Origin: Eledone cirrhosa
Taxonomy: Eukaryota
Length of the DNA: 64,000 nucleotides
Reading direction: 5' to 3'
Assembly: GCA_964016885.1 (NCBI GenBank)
Contig: OZ024745.1
Span: forward strand, 61,690,001 to 61,754,000
The position numbers and the translations under genes are program-made. Shown in pieces: positions 31,201-48,041 of the stretch (position 1 is its first letter; each line of letters starts with the position of its first letter). The notes beneath the pieces were generated by a model that was not told where the DNA came from, did not search any database, and saw nothing but the letters and a program-made list of their open reading frames with translations.

Positions 31201-31864
31201 AGGAAGGAAACAAACAAACAGTTTTCTAATATAAACACAAGATCAGCAATTTAGTGGGAGGACAAGAGTCGATTATATCGACTTAATATTTTATTTTATC
31301 GATCTGGGAATCATGAAAGGCAAATTTGACCTCGGTGGGCTTTGAACGCAGAACGTAAATAACCGTACCAAATGCCGCTAAGTATTATATCTCACTCTCC
31401 AGCGATTCTGCTAATCTACAACCAATGCTACAACAACAACAAAAGCAACAACAACTACTACTACTGATAATGATGATGGTGGTGATGATGATGATGACGA
31501 CGATAGCAAAACAAGAACACAAAGGCCACAAACATCAACAGCAAAACATCAATGAAATTCAAACAGTATTGAGAACAGCAAAAAATGCATGAAAAACAAT
31601 GTGAGAGACATTAGCAACAACAACCAAACGACTAATAACAGATAATATAATCAATAAATTATACAAAAAGCAAGAAATATAAATACTGTTATGACAGCAA
31701 CAAAACTGACAAAAATGCAGACTCATTAGAAATATTTAATCATCAACCTCGTCAGCATTAGATGTTGTGTCGATTACTATTGTTGCTGATGTTGATTCAG
31801 CATTTTACCATATATTTTTTTGCTTAAAACTCTTTTCATTTAAATATTATATTTAGCTTAATGA

Positions 31865-32255
31865 TGGTGGATTGGCAGTATCGGTAGAGGACCATGCTTT
31901 GCAGCATAGAGTTACGGCCCTTTACGATCTGAGTTTAAATCCCGCTGAAGTTAACTTTGCCTTTCATCCTTACGGGGTCAATAAAATAAAGCACCAGTAA
32001 CGTTCTGGGGTCGAAATAATCAACATTCCCCTCCCCGCAAATTACTGGCCTTGTGCCTATACTAGAAATCATGGATTGGCAGTATCGGTAGAAGGTCGGA
32101 CGCCATGCTTTGACGCATAGAGTTACGGCCCTTGCCATTCTGAGTTCAAATCCCGCCGAGGTTAACTTTGCCTTTCATCCTTACGAGGTCGATAAAATAA
32201 AGTACCAGTAATACACTGAAATTGCTGGCCTTGTGCCAAAAGTAGAAACAATTAT
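31865..32255 (+). mobile_element. Two adjacent SINE A copies (long then short variant)
   Basis: Heads at 31865 and 32073. Confidence 0.85.
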
Positions 32256-33151
32256 TAGCGAAATCTCTCACATATCACAACCAATCGTCTAAACATAGAG
32301 AAGAAGATATCGGATAGTCTCGACTGGAATATTTTTAATTACAGGTCTTGCAGCAGGTGAACGATTATTGTTTCTCTCTGTGGACCGTAAGAAATTTGCT
32401 GAATTTTCCCACCTAGCGTTATCAGATGTTTGTCGTTTGTATGTGTATCTTATCTCTCAATAAAAGAAAACAGTATCATTACCCGACTTTATATGTGTAT
32501 GTATATATGACTTTACTGTGTGTTCAAGTATTTAAAGAAAATACTTTATAATATTTTTCCGTCTGTTTTCTTAGTACTGTTCGTGATGTACACAAGTATT
32601 TAAACTCTAAATGGTTTTCGTTCTTTGTCGGCAGTTTGTTTGGTCAGCTGTTCTTCGTTTGTGTTCACACTATCTGCACATTTTAAGCCTATCGCTGTGA
32701 TGATATTCTGGCTGGAAGTTTACTACCCTACACCTAAAAAATCGAGAGCGTACCCGAATTATAATAGAGAAGACAGATTCCAATCGTTACTGTCCTTCCT
32801 TACATATTTAGTATTATATTAGCCAACGTGTCCTTATTTAGGTAAGGTGAAAAGGAATTCGAGGAATACGTTGCTGACATGAGCAGTTGAAGATGTTGGA
32901 AGGTGTCTGTCAGCATTTAGGAGATTTAGATGTCTGTTTTTATAAAATTCTTTTCACCAAAGGCTATGTGTTAGCGTGGTTAAATGAATAACTTTCTATT
33001 TGCTCAATTCACAGATATAAATATATATAAGGCCGCTTGTCAGATATTTCACTGTGCACTCTGTAAATAAATAACTCACTCATATGAACTCATGCTACTC
33101 ACCTTAGTTCATATACGCTTATCTTCTAAATACCTCCTGGTATGTATTTAA

Positions 33152-33227
<76 letters not shown>

Positions 33228-33246
33228 TATTAAAATAACAGATTAA

Positions 33247-33297
33247 AGTTTAAGCAAAGAATCGCTGCTTTCACCCTTAACGGGATCTTCTGAAACT
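33247..33297 (-). ncRNA. Type I hammerhead with CAGAAGA core
   Basis: agttt-CAGAAGA-tcccgttaagggt-GAAA-gca..tgc-TT-aaact. Confidence 0.7.
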
Positions 33298-34204
33298 AAC
33301 AAAGTCAATCTGTAAACGCAGAACTGGATATTCCAAAAAACGTTGCAACCGGAGGAAGACAGGAAGACGATACTTTGGTTCGTGGAAACGTTCGCTGGCA
33401 AAGAACGGGAAAAAACGAATAATACGTCATTAATAGGAGCGGTGAAAAACAATTACGCGCAAAGACAGAACCACGTTTATGGTATAAAAGAGGTCGTAGA
33501 CTAATGTTCTCTTAGGTGGTGCATAGAGACGTTCTCTGGCAATGAACGAAAAAACGAAGATAATAAGTCATATGTGGAGCGTGGAGAACAATAGCACGCA
33601 AAGACAAAACCACGTAAATGGTATAGCAGAAGTTGTAGACTAAAATTCTAACTAGGAGACCAAATGAATCTCCGCTACAGGGTTAAGAACAAAGTAAATA
33701 AATACAATACAGGAGTAATAGAAACAAATAAATACATACACGCAAACAGATACGTACATACACAAGCATCAGCAAAACCTTACCATAGGTATACAAAACC
33801 ACGCACATATAAATATGTGTGTGTGTGTATGCTTGTGTACAAATAAATAAATAATTATATAAACGTATATAAGTAAATAAATACGTATATAACAAGCGCA
33901 CACACATACCTATAAATAAATACACGAATGTTCGGAGACGTACACATATACACACGCCCACCATACGTACGAACCTGCATACTCACGCAGACGCAAAACT
34001 CCCGTATACACATAGCCAAACCCTAAATGCGAGAATATGTAAAAACTATACGCCAAAACAGTCAAATATACATACGAGAAGGTATACATACCTTCACAAA
34101 ACATACGGGTGATATATACTTACCTATGCAAATAAGTAAAGGAATAAACAAAACATATACTTAGCTCCCACATCAAGACGTAAAATATCCACGTATAGAT
34201 CGTG

Positions 34205-36042
34205 CTATCCGTTAGGGTCTAACGTGGGGCTGTAATACAGGAAAGTTTTGTGCAATTTATGTTTACAAGCCGAAATTGCCTCAGATTTTTTGTTTAAGAT
34301 GTTGTCTGTGGCGTAGAGTATTTCCAGGGCCTCAGCGGCGCAGAGGTCACATGGTCTTTTATTTCCGTAATACGATCTATCCCTAGCTAGGATCTCCCAG
34401 TGTAACTTATATTGGGTGTGGTTATCTTTTAGACTCCAGATATAAGCTGAAAGTGACGTCATATTCCTTCTTAGAGGGTAACGAAAAGAATGGGTATGCA
34501 TGTAAAGACGCTGCTTGAAACTATTGGCGGTTAACCCTATGTAGGCCCTACGGGACGTGGGTGTTACAACTTTACATTTGTAGACAATGTTACTAGAGAG
34601 GCATTTCCCGGATAGGGGGCAATCAGCCCAATTCCTACAATTACAGTTAGTACTAACTACAGGGTTGCACGTGTTCCTACGGCTAGGTAGTTTAGCTAAA
34701 TTTGAAGCTGTGATGTTATGTGCAAGGTTAGGAGTCGTAGAGTAAGAAATTTTAATAGTATTTCTATTAAAAATTTTTTTACTATATTTATGTGTAGGGG
34801 GAAAATGCTTCGTAATAAGGGAAAGAAAGATCTTAGCTAATGGTGTGGCCACCTCCATATTATATGGTGGGTTAAACCAACAAATGCGACGGGATCTATT
34901 TCTTCTAGGTCTATTTTCGTACTCTGTATATGCTACCTTATCGACAAATCCACTTCGAGCAAGAGCTTCATTGTAATAAGTGGAATGGTCGTTGAAAATG
35001 CGCTCGTTGGTGGAAAGACGGGAAAGTCTCAACGAAACGTTTTTTACCAGGTTCTTGGTTATGCTGGCAGGATGGTTGGAATGCTTACTTATGTAATTAA
35101 GCGTATCATTCGGCTTTCTATACGGGTAATACAACCCATTCAATAAATTGAGGGTAACGTCGAGGTAATTAACGACCGAGAGATTGGCCTCAACCTGTAT
35201 AGAGAGGTTGAAGCCTTTAGAGGTTGAAGGCTGTGAGTTCTTTTCTGAACCTGTCGCAAGCACGAGGTCCGCACTTAGTCATGGTCAAAAGACCATCGTC
35301 ACGGTACAAACCACCGCCCGCGTTGGGGAATTCGTCCTTGATAGAGAATGAAAAGGCCAATAAGATCAGTAACCTCCGCAGAGTCACTGGCGCCCATACT
35401 CACGTCGAATGGGGTACTATTAGATTTTTTAATCCAAATAGAGTCGTCGAAATTAATCACCGACTTTCGGGCATTAAGGATGACATCAACTTCGAAATCC
35501 TTAACCACTGTGAGTGTTTTAGCGAAATTGATAGCTCTAAGGAGAAGTGGTAAAGTGATGGAGGAGTAGTAATTGTTGATGTCGAATTAGATAAAACGGC
35601 AATGTTCCTTGTTACATATGCCGTTGAACCAATCAATCACCGCGAAAGAATTGTTCCACAGTGCGAGAGGGGCCAAACTTCTAATTTCAGGTATAATCCT
35701 ATCAAGAATCGTTTTACTAAGTCTACCTAAATCGGACTTCGTAGGGTTAATAAGCCGAATAGAGGGGTTGTTCGGAAAATTGGATTTGTGATCCTTCAGG
35801 GTAAAGTGGGGAGAGATAGGGTCCAGAGGTTCGGTCCGGTCGAGGATGTTGAGATCAGATGTGATTTTAAACCCAGCATCGTTGATTTCATTGATGACAC
35901 ACCGATTAGTTTTACGGTAATCCTTAGTTACGGCATTATGTAGTAGTTGATGGTAAGTACTGCGCTCCACTTGATATAGGTTGCCAGTTTTGTCGGAATG
36001 GACGTGCACGGCGTTAGAATCCTTAATAGAACGAATTCTGCA
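34205..36042 (-). pseudogene. Disrupted PLE RT + GIY-YIG ORF
   Basis: ORFs 35587-36048, 35299-35508 and 34205-35263; one TAA stop and frameshifts. Confidence 0.9.
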
Positions 36043-37731
<1,689 letters not shown>

Positions 37732-37952
37732 CTCCCATAACAGCAGAAAATTATTAAAATCGTTAGAGCACCGGATAGAATGCTTTGTACTCTTCCTACC
37801 AGTACTCTGCATTCTAAGTTCAAAACCTGTCAAGATCATTTAGTAGGTGGGCGATTTTTCCTTTGTATGTCATTACGGTGCCCTTAAAACTCCATCAGGA
37901 GTTACATGTCTATAGAGTGATATACTTCCCCACACTTATGTACTTATATTAT

Positions 37953-38143
37953 AGGGCGGTGGATTGGCAGTATCGGTAGAGGGTCGGACGCCATACTTTG
38001 ACGTATAGAGTTACGGCTCTTGCCATTCTGAGTTCAAATCGCGCCGAGGTTAACTTTGCCTTTCATCCTTTATGGGGGCGATAAAATAAAGTACCAGTAA
38101 TTCACTGGTGATTTGCTGGCCTTGTGCCAAAAGTAGAAACAAT
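37953..38143 (+). mobile_element. SINE family A
   Basis: Full-length copy. Confidence 0.9.
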
Positions 38144-38835
38144 TATATATTATATATTTTATATAATTATATATTTACATATTGTTTTGTGTTAGGTTTT
38201 AAACAACTCTAGTATTTTCCAGCTCCTCACGTGCAAATCATAACCAGTGACTAATATTCATGTTACGAATATATAATCAATGTGGTTGTATTCATAGTCA
38301 TTGAGCGATCTTCTAATTCCTTGTTTTACTCAACCTTTTCCTCAATCACGTGCATGTGAAACTTTCTTTCTTCCTCTTTCGTTCTTTCGTTCTTTCATTT
38401 CTTTATATTCTTTACTCCGATTGAGTGTTTTCTAGTATTATGGAGAACAGCAAGGGATTTCAGAGTCAGTATTATTATTATTATCATTAGTAGTAGTAGT
38501 ATTAGTAGAAGTAGTAGTACAGAAAAGAAATGGATCCTGCTTCAGGCCAAGACCTGCATTAGAGAAAAATGCATGAGAGGAGAATAGGCAATCAGATTTT
38601 AAATAGATTATCATGGAAGCGAGAGTGTATAAGATTGTAATCTCAGGAGATACGAGAACAAGTAGGAGGATATGAGCAAAGTAAAAAGCTGAGAGGAAGA
38701 GAGAAAGAGAGGGAGACGAAGAGAGGGAGGAAGAGGAAGATTAAAAGGTTTGTAAAAATATATAAGCGATAATAAAAAAATATTTTCAAACTTTGCAGGA
38801 AAGCAGTTAAGGAAACCGGTTGTCTGTCAAAGAGG

Positions 38836-38889
<54 letters not shown>

Positions 38890-39379
38890 GTGGTGGTGGA
38901 GGGGGGGGGGGGGGCTGAGAGTATTAAACAAATAAATGAATAAGATAATGAAATTGATAAATAGATGAATATATTCTTAAATAAATGATAGTTTTAAAAA
39001 AATGTGACTTAGTTATTTGAGGCTATGTTCACGTGGAATATTATCAGAAATTTTACAAAAAAAAAAAGGACTAAATCTTAAACACTAAAGGAGGTAAATC
39101 ATTTTTTATGGGTCGTGGCAGACCAGAGGCAGATAACATTGATGATATTATATTTCTGATTATGTTATTCTAAGGCCAGCAATTTTCTTTGAGGGGAAAG
39201 TTAGTTATATCGATTCCAATATGTGGCTGGTACTTATTTTATAGACCGCAGAAGGATGAAAACATATGTTGGCCTCACTGGCATTTGAACAAAGAACGCA
39301 AAAGCATTCTGTCCGATGTTCCACTGAATTTTCCAATCTACTATCCTAAAAATGACAATAATAGTAATAAAAAGAATAA

Positions 39380-39581
39380 TTATTTCTAATTTTGGTACAA
39401 GGTCAGCAATTTGAGGGAAGAGAAGTGAATTAAATTGACCCTGTACTTTACCTTATCGACTCCATAAAGATGAAAAGCAAAGTTGACTTCGAGGTGATTT
39501 GAACTCAAAACGCAAAAGAGCCGGAACAAATACTGCTATGTATTTGTCCAACGCTCAAATGATTCTACCAATCCACCGCCC
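39380..39581 (-). mobile_element. SINE family A (diverged)
   Basis: ccaatccaccgccc head and atttgaactc B box on the reverse strand. Confidence 0.75.
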
Positions 39582-42235
39582 TTAGCAATATTCTATTCTA
39601 ATTATATTTACGCTCACAATCCATTAATTATAAATTTCATTAATAAAAATAACAACAACCACATTTGTAACATATGGTTTAATAGGTTTGTGTGGATATT
39701 AAATCATATGCACAAAAATCTCCAGTATCTGCTTAGTTTGTACTCAGGTTTTAGCAAATACAACGTTCACACATTCAAGCTAATTATCCGAAAATATGTA
39801 CCCTGGGAAGTTAAATATCATCCCGGTAAAGCAGTTAGAGATATTGAATGATTAGTGATAATTTCGTTGCAACATAATAAATTTTCAAACGCTTTAGGTA
39901 TCGTTGGGTTCCCATTAATTCCACACCATACCGCGATTCATTAAAATAATAGTATTTGCTAAAAGTGAAACCAATAAAATAACAGATTCTGTTTAGTGTG
40001 GGTTGAATCAGGAAAAAATGCTTTTAAATTTTATCACTGGACAAAGAAATGCAAAGTATTATTAGCATTGCGGGTGTGGTCATACTATTTATGAGGGAAG
40101 ATAATGTCAGTTAACCTGGTAAATGTAACTACAGCATATAAGAAATGGTTATTATTTTTCAAATCACAAGATCAAGTGAGAAATTGTTTAACTATAGTTT
40201 TCGTAAAGTTATGTGAACAAATATTGTTCCCAGGAAAGCCTGGTACGTAACGAGATCAGCAAAGATTAAAGATATATAATGTTAGGATTCCTGCCTCCGA
40301 TAAAAATAAATACGTGCACTGATTTCATATATATATATATATATATTATATGTACATTATATATATATATATTAAAGAAATATTTAGCCGGAGATTCCAT
40401 CATCTTGAAACTTTGGATTTAAAATAACTGAATCGCTGAGAGTAATTAATTATGTGACAGAAAGACTCCACAGTAGGTTTCAGATAAAGAAAGCTGTAAT
40501 GAAAATAGATTTTATTGCTATCCAATTACACTGGTATGATTGTATTACGTAAGCGCCTATATCTTCAGAATCTGTTCGAAGTAATTATTATTTCTTAGAT
40601 TACTGAAGATTTAGTTGATATATCGCTCGGTGAACTTCATTTGTATCGTAGTGTCATTTCTTGCTTGGTTTAGGTTTCCAATACAATTGGGAGAAGCATG
40701 AATGCCTTAAATTCTCATAATCTTTCTTCAGAATATCTGCGAGTTTGAGTTGAAATAAGGAATAAATGTTGCTCGCTGTGATATTTTTTAGCCATAGCTG
40801 TCAATAGTTATTGTGAAAAAATACGACTAAAAAAACTGTATATAGTGTAAAATATAATTTATAATACTATGAATGTATGTTGATTTTAAGTATAACATTT
40901 TCGCATAGAGAAATGTTAGGGGGTATACCTGTATCTAAATGAGATATGCAGTTTAGAGAAAATAATTAAAATACAGAAACAAGATAAGTTAACTGACATC
41001 AACTGAAAATCTTACTACAATTTTTTTGTTGTCTTATTCGTGCGTTCCTTTATATTTTATACCTGAATTTAGAAATATAGGAAGAACCAAGATAACTTCT
41101 TTAGTCTATCGTACTTATAATATTATTAGCAAAAATTTCCCATGATGGTTAGCAATATAAACTGCTGACTTATAAAAAAAATGGACACAGTTGCTATATT
41201 AATTCAGATTGATTTGACTCTTATTTCTTTTACACAACACATTCCAAAGATAATTTCAAGTGTTAGATGCTTAAGATTAGAATATTAATATTTTGTGGAA
41301 TGTCAAAAATAATTATTGTCTTAAATATCGTTATGGAAGTCTGGGTCATAGTGATGTTAATCAGGTCAGTTTAGACGTTTTATTTAACTGTATATTATTG
41401 TTACCTCAATCTTATTTCTCATTCAGTTCATGTATAGGAGGTGAAAATTAGCGCACACTGGGCAATATCAACGTTAGATTTAATGATGAGGCACTCTGCC
41501 AAACAATGAAGTATTTCACTGAAGAACTTAATTTAATAAAAACATATATGAACAATTGGTACTGGAAGCATATATCATAATTAGGTAACTAATTGCTCGA
41601 GAAATGCATCTAAATTAATATTGAAAGCGAGTACTGTGTGACTGATTCTAAATGCCATATTGGATAATAAGAGAAGAAAAGATTAAATTATTTATTGATT
41701 TTTCTCTTGAGATATAAAGGCCCTATTTGTAAGAGAAGGGCCTGGTTAATGCAACTACCATCAGTTTATGACGTATAATTATTTCATCGAGGATGAAAAG
41801 CAGAATACAACGTAAGACTGGACGAATACGACATTCCATTCAGGCCGCTCTATTGTTTGACCGACTCAGTCCCGTGGCTAAGAAATTCGTTATTCATTTC
41901 GAAACTACGCTATTCTGGGATCGTTTCCACTGTGCAGCATCTCACGCATTTCTCCTCTACACGCAACTTACCAGTGACGTCTCAACTCATTTTTACAGCT
42001 GAGTATACTGGAGCAACGAAATAGAGTGTTTTGCTCAAGAACACAACACACCACCCGGTCCGGATTCGAACTCGCAACCACACATACATATATGATATAT
42101 ACGAAACGTTAAGACCCTCTTCCTGCTACGTCAAGCGGTAATCTAATATATCCCTTCCATATACTGTAACGATTGTGTTGTTATTTCTGTTTTCCTTTTA
42201 CATACATACATACATACATATATATATATATATAT

Positions 42236-42625
<390 letters not shown>

Positions 42626-42628
42626 ACA

Positions 42629-42757
42629 TATTTATTAAAATAACAGATTAAAGTTTAAGCAAAGAATCGCTGCTTTCACCCCTAACAGGATCTTCTGAAA
42701 CTAAAAAAATCAATCTGTGAACCCAGAAGTAAATATTTCAAAAAACGTTGCAACCGA
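42629..42757 (-). mobile_element. PLE family D pLTR fragment with HHR (42652-42702)
   Basis: Homologous to 33223-33350. Confidence 0.85.
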
Positions 42758-42809
42758 GCCCTCTTTGGAATTTAGTCTTCAAATTTATTATTATTACTAT
42801 ATATATTTA

Positions 42810-42929
42810 TGATCTGAGTTCAAATCCCGCCGAGGTTAACTTTGCCTTTCATCCTTATGAGGGCGATAAAATAAAATACCAGTAATGTACTGGTTAATTG
42901 CTGGCCTTGTGCCAAAAAGTAGAAACAAT

Positions 42930-42930
<1 letters not shown>
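42810..42930 (+). mobile_element. SINE family A (5'-truncated)
   Basis: B box through tail. Confidence 0.85.
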
Positions 42931-43022
<92 letters not shown>

Positions 43023-43984
43023 GCTGTCACGCTTGTGAATCCTCAATACATAACATTGTTCTGTGTGTGGCATACGAAGGCGATCTGTCACTAAGGTCAC
43101 GCTGACCAATAAACCTCATCCGTATCAACTCATTGTTTATATTTTGCCGTAATCCAGTAACTGATTACTTAATCTTTTATGACTTTTATGTGAATAACAC
43201 ACACGCCCCCTATATTCTGTTTATATATAACATATATTAAAAACATCGTAATGTAAGCGTCTCACACGTCTCTGTGTACATTTTCCGTGCGTAATGGTGA
43301 TGCGCCCAATTTTCTTGGAGTCCAAGTTGACGATCCCCTTCCTGCGGGCCATAGAAACTAGTCACTGATCCCTGATCTCGATCAGGCAAACCAAACGACA
43401 AAAACCGGAGACAGCAAGAGTCTCAAACGCACGAACAAGAAGACCCGATTTTCTTAAATATCTATAGTGATCATACATCATTGCATTTATTTCCTTCGTT
43501 TGGGAGGAACATACACACACACTAACACACACATACAAACACACACACACACACATACACACACGCACACACACACCCACACCCACACTAACACTAACAC
43601 ACACATACAAACACGCACATACACTAATATACACACACATACAAACACACACACACACACACACACTAACACACACACATACAAACACACACACACACAA
43701 ACACTAACACACACATACAAACATGCACATACACTAATATACACACACATGCAAACACACACACACAAACCTACATACATACATACATATGTGTCAGAAA
43801 TATTCATTTAGACACTCGGTAAATTATAGATTGTCAAAATATACACAATTCTGAAATCAATACTGGCAGTGAATTATTCCACTAAATGACGTGAACGTAG
43901 TGCTCCAATATGGCCGCAGCATACACTTTGAAATCAAGAAAAGAATGTTGAAATCGACATGAGAACGTTTGATTTTATTATTTA

Positions 43985-44242
43985 CTAGCAAAAGAGCCCG
44001 TCGTCGCCGGGCACACCTTTCGTCACTGTAAATAAAGACCCTCCCCTCTTTCCTCAACATGACTGTCTTTAAATAGCCCAGGAACTCTGCTATTTTAGGG
44101 GAGAGAAAGATGTAAACTATATGTTGACATGCTCTGGGAGCTAAATAACCTCTGTATCAAATTTGAACAAAATCGGATGGAAACTGGAAATGCATCACCT
44201 GCATACAAGCAGACAGACAGACAGACATTTTCGTTTATATAT
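43985..44242 (-). mobile_element. Non-autonomous Helitron-like element
   Basis: Minus-strand 3' end: GC hairpin gcccg/cgggc (43996-44012) then CTAG|T. 5' end tatataaacgaaaatgtctgtctgtctg is typical of Lep1-like elements. Confidence 0.7.
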
Positions 44243-44344
44243 GCATGTGTTTCTTATTGGCAACATGACCCTCCCAAAGCATAACAATATCGGTTTCAAC
44301 ACACGTTTTCAGATAAAGAATCTTGCTAAACAAATTCAGAAACG

Positions 44345-44430
<86 letters not shown>

Positions 44431-44458
44431 CGTTTCTGAATTTGTTTATATATATATA

Positions 44459-44705
44459 ATGAAGGAAGTGTGGTAAGGAACCAGATGGGCCATAACGCAC
44501 CAGAGTACTCAATACTTAGGGTAGTAGAGTGGGTAATAGGCAAATTTTTAACCCCGACGGCAGAGCTGAAGCCGTTTCGACGGCTGTTTTTGGACTAAAT
44601 TAGAATTTTTGAGGTAACAATTTACCACGCTAAAAATTCTAATTTAGTCCACAAATAGCCGTCGAAACGGCTTGAGCTCTGCCGTCGGGGTTAAACATTT
44701 TCCTA
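44459..44705 (-). mobile_element. Short palindromic PLE family C insertion
   Basis: Arms 44537-44610 and 44632-44705. Confidence 0.85.
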
Positions 44706-45135
44706 AATGTATATATATATATATATATAGAGAGAGAGATTAATTCAACCAAATTCTACAGTGTCTGACAATAAACACCTCTGGTTACACGCAAACATGT
44801 CTCGTGTCAATAGAGTTTAAAATATATTGAACATGTTTATTTGTAAATAACGTTAATTCTTGTAAACGTGCTAAAAAGATGTATGCATAATTATATTAAT
44901 TTACCTTTTCGTATTTAGTCCATGAAATTAGTCGCCGGGATCTTATGTGACGAACACGAGTACATTGTCAGTGATGAATCGGATTATTATCTTCGCCCAA
45001 TGTTTGTTATAGAGTACTGATAAACGTGATAGAATAATGGTTTAAAATATTATAGAACAATACCATTTACTTTCTCCTCTTCTGCCTCTCCTTCTTCATG
45101 TGCCTCTCTGTCTTTGTATAGAAAATAGATATACT

Positions 45136-45317
45136 TGGCAGTGTATCGGTAGAGGGTCGGACGCCATGCTTTGACGCAAAGAGTTACGTCCCTTTATGAT
45201 CTGAGTTCAAATCCCGCTGAGGTTAACTTTGCCTTTCATCCTTACGGGGTCGATAAAATAAAGTACCAGTAATGCACTGGATAATTGCTGGCCTTGTGCC
45301 AAATGTAGAAACAATTA
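45136..45317 (+). mobile_element. SINE family A
   Basis: Near full-length copy. Confidence 0.9.
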
Positions 45318-45486
45318 TTATAAACATACGAGCACGCACAAATGAACAATGAAATATATACATATGTGTGTGAAATATATACATATACATACATACATGT
45401 GTGAAATATATATACATACATGAATACATACACCCATATGGGTTTACATATATATATATATGTGTGTGTGTATATATATATAAGTT

Positions 45487-45543
<57 letters not shown>

Positions 45544-45571
45544 GTGGTTACACAACAGTTAGTTCACCATA

Positions 45572-45611
45572 CCGAGAACAATTGTTTCACTTTAGCGGAT
45601 CTTCAGCTCGG
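45572..45611 (-). ncRNA. Minimal type I hammerhead (inverted copy)
   Basis: Minus: ccgag-CTGAAGA-tccgctaaagt-GAAAC-aatt-GTT-ctcgg. Confidence 0.8.
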
Positions 45612-46314
45612 AATGGGCATGGTTATAGGAACAGGAAGGACAACCGTACGAACGCGCATGCGCAGAAACCCGGTCACTTCACACAGGCAATACTAGACTG
45701 CGTGCGAGAGGTGTAAGGGAGATAACTGCGAAAGTCCGAAAAGTTTTTAGGTTGAAAATAAAATTACAAAGAATCAGTCCGGAGCCTCGTAGTTATGCAA
45801 TATGTGTTTGGTGACGTCTGGACAACGTGCGAAAAATTCACTTCTTGTATTTAGGCAATCACTATTGCGTAATCTCTTTATAATAGTTATTCGTTCGTCA
45901 ATACATAAGCCACACGTCGGATTTCCCCTTGCGTATGGCTTTCCATTGAATGGAGTAGTCTATACTTGAGTCCTTGAGGGACCATACGTGGCTCGCGAGT
46001 TTCGTGGATGAACGTCTGTCCGGGTATCTGAAGGTAGACTGGTGGTTCAGGAAACGTTCCTTGAATCGGCCCTCCGCAATGCCCACATAGGATTTGACCT
46101 CCTGTGGTTCTTTTGGTCGGTTGGAAGTGACCACAGCTTCACAGATTACAGCTGGTGTGTTGCATTGCTGTTGAAGGGGGCAAGCTTCAGGCTTACGGCA
46201 AGAGCACCCTGGTGGGGTGTTGCTCCTAGGGCTGCTGGTGATGTGGGCCTTCATGTTCTTAGCGCAGGACTATCCTAGTTTAATTTTGTGTCGGTTAAAG
46301 ATAGAGCGGTATTT

Positions 46315-48041
46315 TACGAAGTCGACAACACCACTTTCCGCCACCTGGCCCATAATGCTATTACTTCTAAATATAAGAAAGCTAACCCCACGGCCTACCA
46401 CGACATTAATACAGAAGCCAAGGAACTTGCCGCCGAACTTAACGTAGATAAGAAGCTACAATCTCTAGCTAAACGGGAGGCGTTCCTCACCCTGACAGAT
46501 CACAAGGTAGACTTTACTTCTAACCCCACATGTAGACTAATAAACCCGGCACGCACAGATATGGAACTAGTCAGTAAGGCTATACTTAGAAACATAGTTA
46601 AGACCATTAGGACCAAGTCCAACCTTCCCCAATGGGAGAACAGCGACTCCGTAATTAAGTGGTTTAACTCCTTAAAATCCCAAAAAGTGAAGTTGACACA
46701 GTTTGACATTGTCGATTTTTACCCTCAGAGACCCTGTTAAACAAAGCGTTGGACTTCGCTACCACTTACACCACCGTCGATGGTTCAGACAGAGAAATCA
46801 TCGCTCACTGCCGGAAAACCCTCCTCTTCAACGACGGAGTAGCCTGGGCAAAGAAGTCTACATCTTCAGACCTGTTCGACGTCTCCATGGGATCGTTTGA
46901 CAGTGCTGACGTATGTGACTTGGTTGGCCTTTTTCTCTTAGACATATTACGTGTTAGATTCCCGGACTTCCACACGGGAATATACCGTGACGATGGACTG
47001 ACTTTATCGTGCCATAAAAGTGGTCACGACCTCGACCGGTTTAAAAAAGACTTAGCTTCTACCTTCAATGAGTTAGGTCTTAGGATAACAGTAGCCACCA
47101 ACCTCTCTAGCGTAGATTTCTTAGACATTAATTTAGACCTTCGCACACACACCCACAGACCCTCCTATAAGCTAAACGAGAAACTTAATTACATTCACAA
47201 GGACTCATGCCACCCTCCCACTGTTTTTAGAAACTTCGTTAAGAATATCAGTACTAGAATATCAAACCTCTCCTCTAATAAGGCTATCTTTGACAGGGCG
47301 GCACCCTACTATAACACGGTGTTGGCTAACAGCGGCCTCTCACAACCTATCACTTACTCTCCAATTAGCAACAAAACCATTAAGAAAAGTAAGCGCAACA
47401 ATAGACAAACTATCTGGTTCTCTCCTCCCTTCTCACTCAACGTTAAAACCAATATATGAAAAAAATTTCTAGCCCTCTTAGATAGACACTTCCCCATAGG
47501 TCATAAATACCGCTCCATCTTTAACCGACACAAAGTTAAACTAGGATACTCCTGCGCTGAGAACATGAAGGCCCACATCACCAGTAGCCGTAGGAGCAAC
47601 ACCCCACTAGGGTGCTCTTGCCGTAAGCCTGAAGCTTGCCCCCTTCAACAGCAATGCAACACACCAGCTGTAATCTATGAAGCTGTGGTCACTTCCAACC
47701 GACCAAACAAACCACCGGAGGTCAAATCTTATGTGGGCATGGCGGAGGGCCGATTCAAGGAACGTTTCCTGAACCCCCAGTCTACTTTCAGATACCCGGA
47801 CAGACGTTCATCCACGAAACACGCGAGCCACGTATGGTCCATCAAGGACTCAAGTGTAGACTACTCCATTCAATGGAAAGCCATCACTAAGTCCAAGCTA
47901 TACGCAAGGGGAAATCCGACGTGTGGCTTATGTATTGACGAACGAATAACTATTATAAAGAGATTACGCAATAGTGATTGCCTAAACACGAGAAGTGAAT
48001 TTTTCACACGTTGTCCACACGTCGCCAAACACGCGGACTGA
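46315..48041 (+). pseudogene. PLE RT + GIY-YIG ORF with one frameshift and one in-frame TGA
   Basis: TLTDHK.DF, QFDIVDFYP, FDVSMGSFDSA, GIYRDDGL, CSCRKPEACPL, VIYEA..YVGMAE.RFKERF; frameshift ~46725, TGA at 47457. Confidence 0.92.

Larger units (their letters stand above)
33223..36042 (-). mobile_element. 5'-truncated Naiad-like PLE, family D
   Basis: DKTGNLY, TLKDHK.NF, RLINP.KS, FDV.MGA.DSAE, GGLYRDDGL, CNCRNWADCPL, GIY-YIG (IVYKC..YIGLT..FKQR..H); ~1-kb 3' UTR ending at (TA)n. Confidence 0.93.

Noticed and set aside
40654-40797. Possible terminal exon on minus (LWLKNITASNIYSLFQ...KPSKK*)
   Set aside because: Weak acceptor, no recognisable domain, no partner exons.
47457-47459. In-frame TGA joining RT and GIY-YIG; some Naiads are selenoproteins
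   Set aside because: Context TNI*KKFL is not a Cys position (other elements here have Ala or Pro; GGA to TGA suffices), the copy also has a frameshift, and I see no SECIS.
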